Part shown: positions 30,052 through 39,665 of the stretch, piece by piece
Numbering within the stretch: position 1 is the first letter of the stretch
How the letters are laid out: every line of letters starts with the position of its first letter
NCBI GenBank assembly: GCA_018969385.1
Contig: JAGWYL010000001.1
Coordinates: 2,677-66,676 of the forward strand
DNA length: 64,000 nucleotides
From: Patescibacteria group bacterium
GTDB taxonomy: Bacteria; Patescibacteriota; Minisyncoccia; Phycocordibacterales; Phycocordibacteraceae
Direction: 5' to 3'
Program-made: the position numbers and the translations under genes
Notes under the pieces: model-generated
Seen by the model: the letters and a program-made list of their open reading frames with translations, nothing else
Told to the model about the DNA's origin: nothing
Database searches by the model: none

Positions 30052-31160
30052 GATGCTTTTTTGCGCTTCCGCACCGACGCCAGGAACTCGTCGAAGACCC
30101 ACGCGGTGTCGGTGGGCCCCGGCGCGGCTTCCGGATGGAACTGCACGGCACGAAACGGTTTCGTCTTGTGCCGGATTCCCTCCACGCTCCCGTCGTTCGC
30201 GTTCGCGAACCATACCTCCCAATCTTTCGGAAGCGTCTTCGCATCCACCGCATACCCGTGATTCTGCGACGTGATGAAGCAGCGCTCGGTTCCGGAAAGG
30301 GCGCACGGCTGGTTCTGCGCGCGATGCCCGTACTTGAGCTTGTACGTTTTGGCTCCCGCGGCGAGCGCCATCATCTGCGTGCCGAGGCAGATGCCGAGCA
30401 TCGGCGCGTCCGCTTCGAACGCCTTGCGCACGTTCGCCACGGTCGCCGCGCAGGTCATCGGGTCGCCGGGACCGTTCGAGAGCAGCACGCCGTCGTAAGC
30501 CTCTCCGGAGAAGTCGTAATCCCACGGAACGCGGATGACGCGCGCGCCGCGCGCGCGAAGCGAGCGCACGATGTTCTCTTTCATGCCGCAATCCACCGCA
30601 AGGATGGTCACGTCGCCCTCGCCTTCGACCGTCCGTTCTTCGGGACTCACCTTCGCGACGAAATTATCGCTCGTAGAAAAGACATTCTCGCGTTTTGCGC
30701 GAGAATGGTTGAGCCTGCCCTCCATCACTCCGTGTTCACGGAGAATCTTCGTGAGCGCACGCGTGTCCACGCCGGACATCGCAGGAATGCCTTCGCGCGT
30801 AAGCCATGCGGAAAGGGATTCCACGGCTGTGTGATTCGAATATTCGTCCACGTACTCGGCGACCACGAGCCCCGCCGCATGTATCTTCTTCGATTCGAAG
30901 GACTCCGGACTCGGCACGCCGTAGTTGCCGACCAAGGGATACGTGAGCACGAGTATCTGTCCCGCGTACGAAGGGTCCGAGAGGCTCTCGACGTATCCCA
31001 CCATGCCGGTGTTGAAGACCACCTCGGCGGACACGGACACGGGCGCGCCGAACGAGCTGCCCTCCACCGTGGTGCCGTCCGCGAGCGACAGCGTCATCCT
31101 TTCGCCGGGCAAAAAAATATCCCCGCGCTTTTTGGGGAGAGGTCTCTTACCGGCAGCCAT
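30048..31160 (-). CDS. carA: Carbamoyl-phosphate synthase small subunit
   Basis: EVVFNTGMVGY, DPSY.GQ, SNGPGDP, GICLG, QFHPEA. Confidence 0.96.
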   Translation of the reverse strand: MAAGKRPLPKKRGDIFLPGERMTLSLADGTTVEGSSFGAPVSVSAEVVFNTGMVGYVESLSDPSYAGQILVLTYPLVGNYGVPSPESFESKKIHAAGLVVAEYVDEYSNHTAVESLSAWLTREGIPAMSGVDTRALTKILREHGVMEGRLNHSRAKRENVFSTSDNFVAKVSPEERTVEGEGDVTILAVDCGMKENIVRSLRARGARVIRVPWDYDFSGEAYDGVLLSNGPGDPMTCAATVANVRKAFEADAPMLGICLGTQMMALAAGAKTYKLKYGHRAQNQPCALSGTERCFITSQNHGYAVDAKTLPKDWEVWFANANDGSVEGIRHKTKPFRAVQFHPEAAPGPTDTAWVFDEFLASVRKRKKAS

Positions 31161-31233
31161 TAAAGTTCCAGTATAGTCATGCACGCGATAACGTCAACCG
31201 GGACGGTGGATAGCGGCTTCGCTCCTTGAGAAT

Positions 31234-31316
31234 CTCGGCGAGAGGTGCACGGTTCGGAAGCCTGAAGAGAGCTCGCTTTCGAACCGCGCACTCCGAGCCG
31301 GTTTTGAAATGGTCTA
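31234..31316 (-). repeat. Structured repeat element, same family as 51183-51264
   Basis: Minus strand TAG-ACCATTTCAAAAC ... GGTTCGAAAGC-GAGCTCTCTTCAG-GCTTCCGAACC long hairpin. Confidence 0.65.
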
Positions 31317-31841
31317 CTCCACGACCGCGAACGCGCGGACGGGAGAGCCGTCGCCGTCGCGAATCCTAAGCGGCATGCCGTAGAAATGGAACTCGTCCGG
31401 CAACTCCTTCGTGTTCGCGAGACGTTCGAAAAGGACGAAGTCCTCCTTGAGGAGCTCGCGCTCCACCTCCGTGTGAAATTCGAACTCGGCTGCAAGCGCC
31501 ACGAAGCGCGGCTTCTCCTTGCGTATCGCATCAGAGTCCGCCTGCTCGATATTGTGGTCGCGGAATACGTAGCCATAGGAAGAGTCCATCGGCGTTCCCC
31601 GCTTGTAGATGCGCGCCTTGCCCGCAAAGCGTTCGAGCGGATAGTCATCCAGGGACTTCCCGTCTTCCACCGCGTGGCTTTGCGCGTTCACATGCGTGCC
31701 GTCGTGGCCGTTCATCTCTAGGCGGCGCATGTTCCAGCCGTTCTCCGCAAGGTTCTGTATGAGCGTTATCTTCGCCTCCGGGTCGCCCGAATATACCGGC
31801 ATGCCCGTGTAGATGGGAAGCGAAAGGTCGATGATTTTCAT
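31314..31841 (-). CDS. Cyclase family (kynurenine formamidase-like) protein
   Basis: DLS.P, HDGTHVNA..H, DGSPVRA. Confidence 0.88.
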   Translation of the reverse strand: MKIIDLSLPIYTGMPVYSGDPEAKITLIQNLAENGWNMRRLEMNGHDGTHVNAQSHAVEDGKSLDDYPLERFAGKARIYKRGTPMDSSYGYVFRDHNIEQADSDAIRKEKPRFVALAAEFEFHTEVERELLKEDFVLFERLANTKELPDEFHFYGMPLRIRDGDGSPVRAFAVVE

Positions 31842-31858
31842 AGGAAAATGTCCTTATC

Positions 31859-32206
31859 TTACGCATGCGCATCGAGCGCGTGCAGGATGCGCTTGATGAC
31901 GACGAAACCGTACGCCCACAGGAGCGGCAGCCACAGCGGCATGAGTCCGAAGAGCGTGTGGTGCGTGAAGGTTTCCACGCCGGTGGAGACGAACAGGTAC
32001 TCCGCGGCCGTCATGAGCGCGAGCCCCGCGACGAACGCCGCGAGATCATGCCGCGCGCGCCGTACGATGAACGCGAGCGCGATGATGCAGGCGAAGATGA
32101 CGGTAAGTAGGTATTCGTCGCCGACGAACGGGATGAGCACCAGCATGAACGCGACGAACAGTACGTCGACGAGCGACTCCCGCGCGATGCGCGTGCTTCT
32201 GGTCAT
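31859..32206 (-). CDS. Small hypothetical membrane protein
   Basis: Four TM segments; EYLFVSTG..F and PLWLPLLW motifs. Confidence 0.7.
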   Translation of the reverse strand: MTRSTRIARESLVDVLFVAFMLVLIPFVGDEYLLTVIFACIIALAFIVRRARHDLAAFVAGLALMTAAEYLFVSTGVETFTHHTLFGLMPLWLPLLWAYGFVVIKRILHALDAHA

Positions 32207-32222
32207 AGGGAAAGGATGCCTA

Positions 32223-32304
32223 TAGAGTGCCCCTGAAAACCTGCTCCGGCGGCGTGCGGTCTTTCCGACCGCACGCCGCCTTCGTCCGATGGCTTTCAGG
32301 CACT
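32223..32304. repeat. MITE/REP-like hairpin element
   Basis: TAG-AGTGCCCCTGAAAACC ... GGCTTTCAGGCACT imperfect terminal inverted repeat around a perfect 14-bp stem (32248-32280). Confidence 0.55.
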
Positions 32305-32355
32305 GAAGGCACCAGCTAAGTCTACTACGCCCGCGAGGCGCTTCGCGCGGTTATC

Positions 32356-32400
32356 CGCACGCATGCCGCCGGCCCCTTTGGGGCCGGCGGCATGCGTGCG
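32356..32400. repeat. Perfect 21-bp inverted repeat with 3-nt loop
   Basis: CGCACGCATGCCGCCGGCCCC-TTT-GGGGCCGGCGGCATGCGTGCG. Confidence 0.85.
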
Positions 32401-32406
32401 CACGCG

Positions 32407-32796
32407 CTACCCTACGAGGTACGCGAACCAGGTGAGATACGCGCCGACCACGAGCACGACCACGCCGCAAGCATTCATGTAGCCTGCCTTGGCGAAATTC
32501 GCGCCGACCCGTTCCATCGCCTTCGGAAAGACGAGCAGTACCAGGCCTTTGATGAGCACAATCCAGCCGAACAGGCTGACGAGCATTTCCGGAAGCGTCA
32601 TCCACGTGTTGTGGTTCAGCACCAGCACGATGCCCGCCGCGGTGGCGATGATGCCCGCGGTCAGCACGGCGAGCGTCTCGTTCTTCAGGTTGCGATACAC
32701 GTCCAGGTAGTAGTCCTTGCTCACGAGAACGCCGATGCCGACGGCGAACAGGATCGGGCCCATCATCTGGGCGATGAAAACGGTGCTATCAGTCAT
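32407..32796 (-). CDS. Hypothetical 4-TM membrane protein
   Basis: HNTW, GWIVLIKG..L.FP pattern; hydrophobic throughout. Confidence 0.75.
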   Translation of the reverse strand: MTDSTVFIAQMMGPILFAVGIGVLVSKDYYLDVYRNLKNETLAVLTAGIIATAAGIVLVLNHNTWMTLPEMLVSLFGWIVLIKGLVLLVFPKAMERVGANFAKAGYMNACGVVVLVVGAYLTWFAYLVG

Positions 32797-32886
32797 GGAG
32801 CTATGCGTTATCCGCTAATCTGGCACTGCGCACTACACAGTGCTAAGTATAGCCCCGCAAGAGGGCGGCCGCGCGTCGGCTGTGCA

Positions 32887-33366
32887 TTACGCCCGCCCTG
32901 CCTTTTCCGCGAAATAGTGCTTCAGCTTCTCCGCATACGGACGCTTCTCTTCGGCGCTCGGCCAGTACGTCTCTTCGTGGCGGAGATAGAGGTCGTCCCC
33001 CGCGTAGCGCGGAAAGACATGCAGGTGGAAGTGCCACACGTCCTGGTTCCCCGCCGGCTCGTTATGCTGGCGCGTGGACGTGCCGTCGCACCCGTATGCG
33101 GCCTTCTCCGCGAGCACGACTTCTTTCGAAGCGTCGAACAGCGCGTGCCCGGTATCTTCCGGCATGTCGTAGAGGTTCTCGATGTGCGCGTTCGGGATGA
33201 TGATGACGTGCCCCGGGTTCGAACGCCACCACTTGCCCGCGACAAACGCGGTCAGGAACCCGTTCCGGAACAGCACGTCCGGCTTCTGGTCGCCGCGGTC
33301 GGTCGGCTCGCCTCTCGCGATCTGACAGAGCGGACAGACATATCCCTCCGGCGCGTGGTTATACAT
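32887..33366 (-). CDS. HIT family hydrolase
   Basis: CPLC, PGHVIIIP, QDVWHFHLHVFPR. Confidence 0.92.
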   Translation of the reverse strand: MYNHAPEGYVCPLCQIARGEPTDRGDQKPDVLFRNGFLTAFVAGKWWRSNPGHVIIIPNAHIENLYDMPEDTGHALFDASKEVVLAEKAAYGCDGTSTRQHNEPAGNQDVWHFHLHVFPRYAGDDLYLRHEETYWPSAEEKRPYAEKLKHYFAEKAGRA

Positions 33367-33399
33367 GAGCGAAGTATAGCAAAGCGATGGACGCGGGGA

Positions 33400-35835
33400 T
33401 TATGCCGCGTCCGCGCTCCAGCGGGCGTAGAAGAAGCGCTTGGCGAACTCCACGCTCGCGAGATAGAGGACGGTGATGCAGAGCATCGCCGCGGCGATGC
33501 CGCCCGAAAGCGGAATGAACGAGAAGAGATGCGCGAACGGGCTCCAGACGATTCCCCACGCGAGCACCACGACGCCGAGCGTGCTCGCGACGAGCACGCT
33601 CGCCGGCCTGCTTCCGAAGAACGGCACGGTGCGCGTACGGATGATGTACACCACGAACGTTTGCGTCGCGATGGATTCGAGGAACCAGCCAGTCTGGAAA
33701 CCGGAGCCGGAAAGGTGGAACGCGAGGACGAGCAGGAAGAACGTCGCGAAATCGAAGACGGAAGACAGCAGCCCGAAGTAGATCATGAAGCGCCGGAGGA
33801 ACGCGGTGCTTATCTTGCGCGGACGGAGCGTATCCGCGGGGTCGACGGTGTCGAGCGGTATGGCCGTCTGCGACGTGTCGTAGAGCAGGTTGCCGAGCAG
33901 GATCTGCGTGGACTGCATCGGCAGGAACGGCAGCACCAGGGATGCGCCCGCCATGGAAAACATGTTCCCGAAGTTCGAGGAGAGGCTCATGAGGAGATAC
34001 TTGAGCGTGTTCGCGAACGTCCGCCGTCCTTCGATGACGCCTTCAACGAGGTCCGCGAGCGACTTCCGGAGGAGAATGAGGTCCGCCGCCTCGCGCGCGA
34101 CGTCCACCGCGTTCTCCACGGAAATGCCGACGTCCGCCGCCGTAAGCGAAGGCGCGTCGTTCACGCCGTCCCCGAGGTATCCGACGACATGGCCGTTCGC
34201 GCGAAGCGCTTCGATGATGCGCCGCTTCTGGTCCGGAAGGAGGCGCGCGAACACCGTGTGCGTCTCGACCGCATGCGCGAGCGCTTCGCGCGAAAGATGC
34301 TCGATGTCCGAACCGTGGAGAACGCCCGCGACCTCGAGCCCGATGTCCGCGGCTATCTTTTGCGTCACGGCGGCATTGTCGCCCGTGAGAATCTTCACGG
34401 TGATGCCGTGCGCGCGCATGCGCGCGAGCGTCGCCTTGGCGGTCTTCTTCGCCGGGTCGAGGAACGCGGCGAACCCGGCGAACACGAGTTCGCTCTCGTC
34501 CGTCTTCTCGTACCGCTCCTTCTCCGGAACCGCCTGCGAAGCGACGGCGAGCACGCGGAATCCGTCCGCGGAAAGCTTCTCGTATTCCTCTGACGCTTTC
34601 GCGCGAAGCGCGTCCGTGAGACGCGTATGCACGGTGCCGAGGTACGCGCAGTCATGCAGGAGTTCTTCGGGCGCGCCCTTGGCGATGAGCATGCGGCCGT
34701 CTCCTTTCGCGACGACGACGGAATCGCGCTTGCGTTCGTAATCGAAAGGAATCTCATCCATCTTGCGGTAGCCCGCGACGTCCGGCTTCCCGTGCGCGCG
34801 GATGGCCGCATCGAGCGGCGTCTCAAGGCGGCTATGGAACAAGGTCGTGAGATACGCGAGTCGGAACACTTCGTCATCGTCCTTCCCCGCCGCGTCCACC
34901 GTCCGCACGAGCGTGATGCGGTCCTCCGTGAGCGTGCCGGTCTTGTCCGTCGCCAGGATGTCTATGGAGCCGAAATTCTGGATGGCGGACAGGCGCTTCA
35001 CGATGACGCCGCGCTTCGCCATCGCGAGCGAGCCTTTCGTGAGGTTGAGCGTGACTATCATCGGCAGAAGTTCCGGCGTGAGCCCCACCGCGAGCGCGGC
35101 CGCGAAGAGGAGCGACTGCAGGAGTTCGTGGCGCACGAGCGCGTTCACGACGAAGATGACGATGACGAGCGAAAGCGTCGCGCGCATGACGAGGATGCTG
35201 AAGTCCTTGATGCCGCGGTCGAACTCGGTCGGCGCGCTGCGGGTTTCGAGCGCGGCGGTGATGGCGCCGTACTTGGTCTTCTTGCCCGTCCGTTCGACGA
35301 GCATGGCCGCGGTGCCGGTGATGACGGACGCGCCGAGGTAGCAGGCGTCCTTCAAAACCGCTTCGCGCGGGAACGACTCGCCGGTGAGCGACGATTCGTT
35401 CATGAAGAAGTCCTTAGCCTCGAGCACGCTCCCGTCCGCGGGAACGAGGTCGCCCGCGGAAAGCTCCACGACATCGCCCGGCACGATTTCAGCGAACGGC
35501 ACTTCTTTCGGCTTCCCGTCCCTGCGGACCGTGGCGGTGATGCGGATGCGGGAGATGAGAAGCTGAACGGCGCGCTCCGAACGATACGAGTTCGCGAAGT
35601 CGAGCACCGCCGAAACGAAGACGATGCCCACGATGATGGATGCGGAGATGATGTCGCCGAAGAAGCCGGACACGCCTGCGGCGAAGAGGAGGATGAGTAT
35701 GAGCGGATTCCCGAGGCGCGCGAAGAATGCGCGGATGCCGGGCGCGCGATGCGCCGCGGAAAGCGCGTCCGAAGCGCTCGCGCGAAGCCGCAAAGCGGCT
35801 TCGCGCGACGAAAGGCCGCTTGCGGCTGTATCCAT
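33400..35835 (-). CDS. mgtA: Magnesium-translocating P-type ATPase
   Basis: TGES, LTPELLP, DKTGTLT, KGAPE, TGD, GDGVND, SSNFGNMFS. Confidence 0.92.
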   Translation of the reverse strand: MDTAASGLSSREAALRLRASASDALSAAHRAPGIRAFFARLGNPLILILLFAAGVSGFFGDIISASIIVGIVFVSAVLDFANSYRSERAVQLLISRIRITATVRRDGKPKEVPFAEIVPGDVVELSAGDLVPADGSVLEAKDFFMNESSLTGESFPREAVLKDACYLGASVITGTAAMLVERTGKKTKYGAITAALETRSAPTEFDRGIKDFSILVMRATLSLVIVIFVVNALVRHELLQSLLFAAALAVGLTPELLPMIVTLNLTKGSLAMAKRGVIVKRLSAIQNFGSIDILATDKTGTLTEDRITLVRTVDAAGKDDDEVFRLAYLTTLFHSRLETPLDAAIRAHGKPDVAGYRKMDEIPFDYERKRDSVVVAKGDGRMLIAKGAPEELLHDCAYLGTVHTRLTDALRAKASEEYEKLSADGFRVLAVASQAVPEKERYEKTDESELVFAGFAAFLDPAKKTAKATLARMRAHGITVKILTGDNAAVTQKIAADIGLEVAGVLHGSDIEHLSREALAHAVETHTVFARLLPDQKRRIIEALRANGHVVGYLGDGVNDAPSLTAADVGISVENAVDVAREAADLILLRKSLADLVEGVIEGRRTFANTLKYLLMSLSSNFGNMFSMAGASLVLPFLPMQSTQILLGNLLYDTSQTAIPLDTVDPADTLRPRKISTAFLRRFMIYFGLLSSVFDFATFFLLVLAFHLSGSGFQTGWFLESIATQTFVVYIIRTRTVPFFGSRPASVLVASTLGVVVLAWGIVWSPFAHLFSFIPLSGGIAAAMLCITVLYLASVEFAKRFFYARWSADAA

Positions 35836-36003
35836 GGCGTAGAGTATAGCGCCTCGCTCGCCTGCGCCGGTCCGCGCAGTGCGGATAGCGCTTATCCGTG
35901 CCGCCGTCGGCGAGTCCGTGTTCTGCACATAGCAGAGCGCGGCGCGGAAAAGAAAGCAGCCATCTTCCTGTACGGAAGGTGGCTGCCGGAAGACATAAGT
36001 GAC

Positions 36004-36318
36004 TCACACCTTGCCGAAGTACTTTTTCCAGACTCTACTCTCTTCGAGACTGGCGGGCGTGTCCGCCGCGTAGGGCGTGTAGAGTGGGAAATCGCGTTCG
36101 ACAAGCTTGCCGTTCTCTTTGAGGACGAGCATACCCATCGGTCCGCGGAGTGTGCCGTTATCTATCACGTTCCACGACTGCCCAGAGATCGTCACAGCGG
36201 CGATGACGTGCTGCCGTTCCCATTGTGCCCGCCGGACGGACAGGGTAAAGATCACGCATGCGCTTACCACGACCGTCACGCAAAGACCGTCCACGACCGA
36301 TATCTTATGAGTCTTCAT
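36004..36318 (-). CDS. Hypothetical protein with N-terminal TM
   Basis: SD AAGGAGG before ATG; one hydrophobic segment. Confidence 0.55.
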   Translation of the reverse strand: MKTHKISVVDGLCVTVVVSACVIFTLSVRRAQWERQHVIAAVTISGQSWNVIDNGTLRGPMGMLVLKENGKLVERDFPLYTPYAADTPASLEESRVWKKYFGKV

Positions 36319-36607
36319 AGGCGGTACCCTCCTTCCTGTTTATGGGGCCGCTTGAGAGCGGGAACTCCCGAGCCAAAAGTAGCTCTCTTTTCTGAAGATG
36401 TCGATGGACGCCCGGATCCGTTTACGCTAGCTCGCTGGAAACCCAAAAACTGCAGGCTTATATGCTCAAAGGAACGGCCGGCATGCGGAAACTACTCCAT
36501 ACCTGAACGGCAAGTGAGGCCGGCCACCGTTTCCATAGCGCGGGCATGCGCCGGACTTCCGCTTGCCCGCCGGAGGAGGTACTATTGGCGCATTAACGTA
36601 CTTCCCT

Positions 36608-36949
36608 ATGAATGAGTCATGGCGCGCGCAACCGGCATCGAGCGACGTTCCCGAGATAACGGGGCGGATGCTTGCTGACGTCCTTCAAAGTTCGAAGAAC
36701 GAAGAAGAGAAGAGGCTCTTCAAGGATCGGTGGCTGCGGCAGCAGATAGACAAGCGCATGCATGCGAAAAACATGGAAGAGCGGCTCAAGACGCACCTTG
36801 ATACGGCATGCGCGCTCCGCGACGCATTCCTCATCAACGACGCGCGCGATATGTTCGAGGACATCATCGACACCGCCAAGGACTTCGACGAGCCGGAATA
36901 TGCGGAAAAAGCGGAAGAGGCTTTGCGGAATCTGGAAACCCTGCACTAG
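36608..36949 (+). CDS. Hypothetical helical protein
   Basis: Charged helical ORF (MNESWRAQ...) with coding-like codon pattern. Confidence 0.6.
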   Translation: MNESWRAQPASSDVPEITGRMLADVLQSSKNEEEKRLFKDRWLRQQIDKRMHAKNMEERLKTHLDTACALRDAFLINDARDMFEDIIDTAKDFDEPEYAEKAEEALRNLETLH

Positions 36950-36983
36950 CCGCCGCGGACGGCGGCTTTGCCCCTCCTCATAT

Positions 36984-37019
36984 ATAAAAGAAACACCGCG
37001 GGTGCGGTGATTCTTTTAT
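36984..37019. terminator. Bidirectional-type terminator hairpin
   Basis: ATAAAAGAAACACCGC-GGGT-GCGGTGATTCTTTTAT. Confidence 0.6.
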
Positions 37020-37264
37020 CGAACTGCTCTATCCGTAAGGAGAATTGTGGCGGCTTCGTTAGCCATCTTTCGACGACCATTGTAAAAAGGAAGCCGCGCG
37101 CACCTCGTATCAGGCACAAGCACGTTCGTTATGGCTACAGTAGCATAGGAGGATTTATTAGTCAAGTAGCGGCAAGGGACGTCTTGACTACCTGAGGTAC
37201 CAATGCGATTATGCTGCCGGCGCCGGCACTACCTGCCGGCATGATTTAGCGAGCGGAGGCACGC

Positions 37265-37558
37265 ATGACTGCGAACGATACCTCGTCTGAAAATCCGTTC
37301 TTCAACTGGCTCACAGGTCCGGACGGACCGCTGCGCAAAGAAGGCTCCAAACCAGACTCGCGTCCGCTATTCCTTAGGGATCTGCGCGACAATCCGGACA
37401 GAGTCGCCAACTTCGTCCGGAGCCGCATCACGGGATGGACCGCAATGGCGTGTTTCTCTCTTGAGACTGCCATTCTCTGGAACGACAGCGATGTCCTGGA
37501 CCTCATCGAATTCATGAAGACCAAATTCGCCGGTGAAATCGCCGAGCTGCCTGCCTGA
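37265..37558 (+). CDS. Hypothetical protein
   Basis: GGAGG SD upstream; 97-aa ORF. Confidence 0.55.
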   Translation: MTANDTSSENPFFNWLTGPDGPLRKEGSKPDSRPLFLRDLRDNPDRVANFVRSRITGWTAMACFSLETAILWNDSDVLDLIEFMKTKFAGEIAELPA

Positions 37559-37913
37559 CACGAAACGATCAGATAGGAAAAGGAGCGCACGGCTACGGCA
37601 CGGCGCTCTTCCCCTTTATATGGACTCGAACGAACCGCGTGCGAAATCGGTCGAATGACCACGCACGACGAGTTCCGCGCGTCCGTTCGGTGCGACCGTT
37701 AGATACGTGATGCCCATTGCTTTTCTAAAATCTCCCTATCTTTCCTCTTCCCCATCTCCATTTTCCCTCTTCTCCAGCATTCTCCGATATTCTTATCTTA
37801 GTCCGGTCGGCCAGTTATAAGAATCGCATGGGATGAGCGAAGTGGGACCGTCTGCGCGCAAGGCGAGCTGGCTGGGAAAGGAATCGCCTCTCGCTCTACT
37901 GAGCGAAGGGCTC

Positions 37914-38537
37914 TTATATGTTCTGAACGATAAAATCCATCCAGGTTTTGCCGATTGGGTCTACGAATTTCTTGACACCTAAGACCTTAAATCCTACCTG
38001 GGTTAAGGCTTTCTCCAGTTCCTTCTCCATCCAATATTTCCGAAAGCGCTTTTTCTTTCTATTGAAATCCTCTTTTTCGTACCAACCTTCCTTGCTCTCG
38101 GCCGAAACGGTCGTGCTGAACAGCGCGACTCCGCCCGGATTGAGAATGGATTTAATCTTTACGAAAATCTGGCCCACTTCCTTTTTAGGAAAAAGGTGTA
38201 TGAACGCAAAAGCCAATGCTCCGTCAAATTTTTCATCAAATCTCATTTGCGTGAAGTCTCCCACGATGACGTCCGAGTCAGGATTCCTTTCTTTCGCGAA
38301 TCTTGCCATCTTAGGTGAAATCTCTATGCCCGTGGTCTTGAACCCTTTTTGATTCAAGATGCTCATGGCTATTCCCACGGCACATCCTATATCCAACACT
38401 CTGCCGCCGGGCTTAAGGTATGACGCGAAATAATCCATCGCTTCGCTAGTAATCGGAATCAGATCTTCCACCCTTGACTCATATTCATCAGCAAGGGCAT
38501 CGTATGTTTCCTTATGAGCGTCTGAGTGGAGCTGCAT
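37914..38537 (-). CDS. Class I SAM-dependent methyltransferase
   Basis: VLDIGCAVG, GIEIS, GDF, FIH, LNPGG. Confidence 0.9.
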   Translation of the reverse strand: MQLHSDAHKETYDALADEYESRVEDLIPITSEAMDYFASYLKPGGRVLDIGCAVGIAMSILNQKGFKTTGIEISPKMARFAKERNPDSDVIVGDFTQMRFDEKFDGALAFAFIHLFPKKEVGQIFVKIKSILNPGGVALFSTTVSAESKEGWYEKEDFNRKKKRFRKYWMEKELEKALTQVGFKVLGVKKFVDPIGKTWMDFIVQNI

Positions 38538-38651
38538 ACTAGAGTGAAGGTGAGTTGGCTGGCCGTCTCGGGCTGGAACCGTGGTCGGTCAATCCCCGCT
38601 TAGTCCGTTTGGCTTCGCGGATGAATTTTGGGACAACGCGTCTCGTGCGCG

Positions 38652-38951
38652 TTATATATTTTGAGCCGACCCAAAATTATTATATGCCACCTTAACTGCA
38701 AATTTAATCCTGGTGGTCTTTTCGCTTTGATTTTCGGTTGAGTTTGCTCCCCCGATTGAGGCAACGGCGGCTATGCCAATCTTCCCTGTACTTTCACCTT
38801 CCTGTCTTTCACTAACCACAACCGCAAGGTCAAAATCAACCTTGTCATGCATCATCATCACGAACAGATTGCTTCCTGATTTCTTATTTGCTTCCATAAG
38901 ACCTTGCCTGATGTCCATCAAGGTCTCTTCGATAAAAGTGGCTATTCCCAT
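38652..38951 (-). CDS. Trypco2-like small protein
   Basis: FIEETL..I..G, VDFDLAV, G.IGI, RIKF.V pattern typical of trypsin-co-occurring domain 2 proteins. Confidence 0.65.
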   Translation of the reverse strand: MGIATFIEETLMDIRQGLMEANKKSGSNLFVMMMHDKVDFDLAVVVSERQEGESTGKIGIAAVASIGGANSTENQSEKTTRIKFAVKVAYNNFGSAQNI

Positions 38952-38973
38952 TGGGAAATAATAGCACGCCTAA

Positions 38974-39585
38974 TTAAGCAACATTCTTCGCCAACAGTTC
39001 TCTTTGGGCTTCTTCTCTGGTGATCTTCCCTAATTCAGTCTTGGGCTCAATTCTGACGGCATCCTTGAAAATCGAAGTTGCATCAAACCCTAGATCTTTT
39101 GCAGATGGAGTCTTGGCAAGTTGTGTTGCAGTGAGATCGGTCTTATCGACAAAAATTATAGAGGTCTTGATCATCCTGCTCCAATTATCGAGCTTATTAG
39201 TTGCTGTGTACCGTTCGTATTTTATTGCTTTATCATTCAACTTCTCGGCAAAACTGGCTATCATTTTACCAATGATATTTTTACCAGGAGCAATACTGTC
39301 CTTACCCAATACGCTCCTTGAAAAGCCCTTGTTTGATGTTCCCAAAACAAAAACTTCATCGTTTAGGCTTCTCGACAAAAATAGATGTACCCCTCCGAAT
39401 TCCTTTGTCTGAACAGCTGTTCTTATATTCTCTATTAGAGCCTTCGCTTTAAATTCTGGGTCAACTTCACCCACAGGAGCGCTACTTATTACATATTTGC
39501 TCAATGCAGAAAGCTTGTTGCTGTCGACCTCGCCATTATTTATTGACTCAACAATTTCTTTAATGATGTTTTCGGGTATATCCAT
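38974..39585 (-). CDS. Hypothetical protein (low GC)
   Basis: 203-aa ORF with GAGG before ATG; no recognised motif. Confidence 0.7.
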   Translation of the reverse strand: MDIPENIIKEIVESINNGEVDSNKLSALSKYVISSAPVGEVDPEFKAKALIENIRTAVQTKEFGGVHLFLSRSLNDEVFVLGTSNKGFSRSVLGKDSIAPGKNIIGKMIASFAEKLNDKAIKYERYTATNKLDNWSRMIKTSIIFVDKTDLTATQLAKTPSAKDLGFDATSIFKDAVRIEPKTELGKITREEAQRELLAKNVA

Positions 39586-39665
39586 ACCTCTATTGTATCG
39601 CTTTCGAACCGCTCGTAAAAACGCTTGCCAACGACGCGTCTCGTGCGGGATAACCTAGCACGACT

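Larger units (their letters stand above)
38636..39647. repeat. 14-bp direct repeat ACGCGTCTCGTGCG (38636-38649 and 39634-39647)
   Basis: Two exact copies bracketing a two-gene AT-rich cassette. Confidence 0.75.
37690..39650. mobile_element. Low-GC genomic islet at the 3' end of tRNA-Gln; no integrase seen
   Basis: Abrupt AT enrichment, three co-oriented genes, degenerate tRNA 3'-end copies and a 14-bp direct repeat. Confidence 0.65.

Noticed and set aside
31262-31290. CTGAAGA resembling a hammerhead ribozyme core
   Set aside because: The required GAAA after stem II is absent (GAAC), and the segment is explained by the repeat-family hairpin.
31161-31313. Possible PyrR attenuator upstream of carA
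   Set aside because: No PyrR-binding consensus or terminator U-tract; a TATACT box lies just before the carA start, downstream of the hairpin.
37720-37800. Polypyrimidine tract as a small gene
   Set aside because: All minus-strand frames give only very short ORFs; treated as low-complexity islet edge.
39598-39612. 15-nt identity with 31273-31287 (TCGCTTTCGAACCGC)
   Set aside because: A few matches of this length are expected by chance in 64 kb and no flanking similarity was seen.
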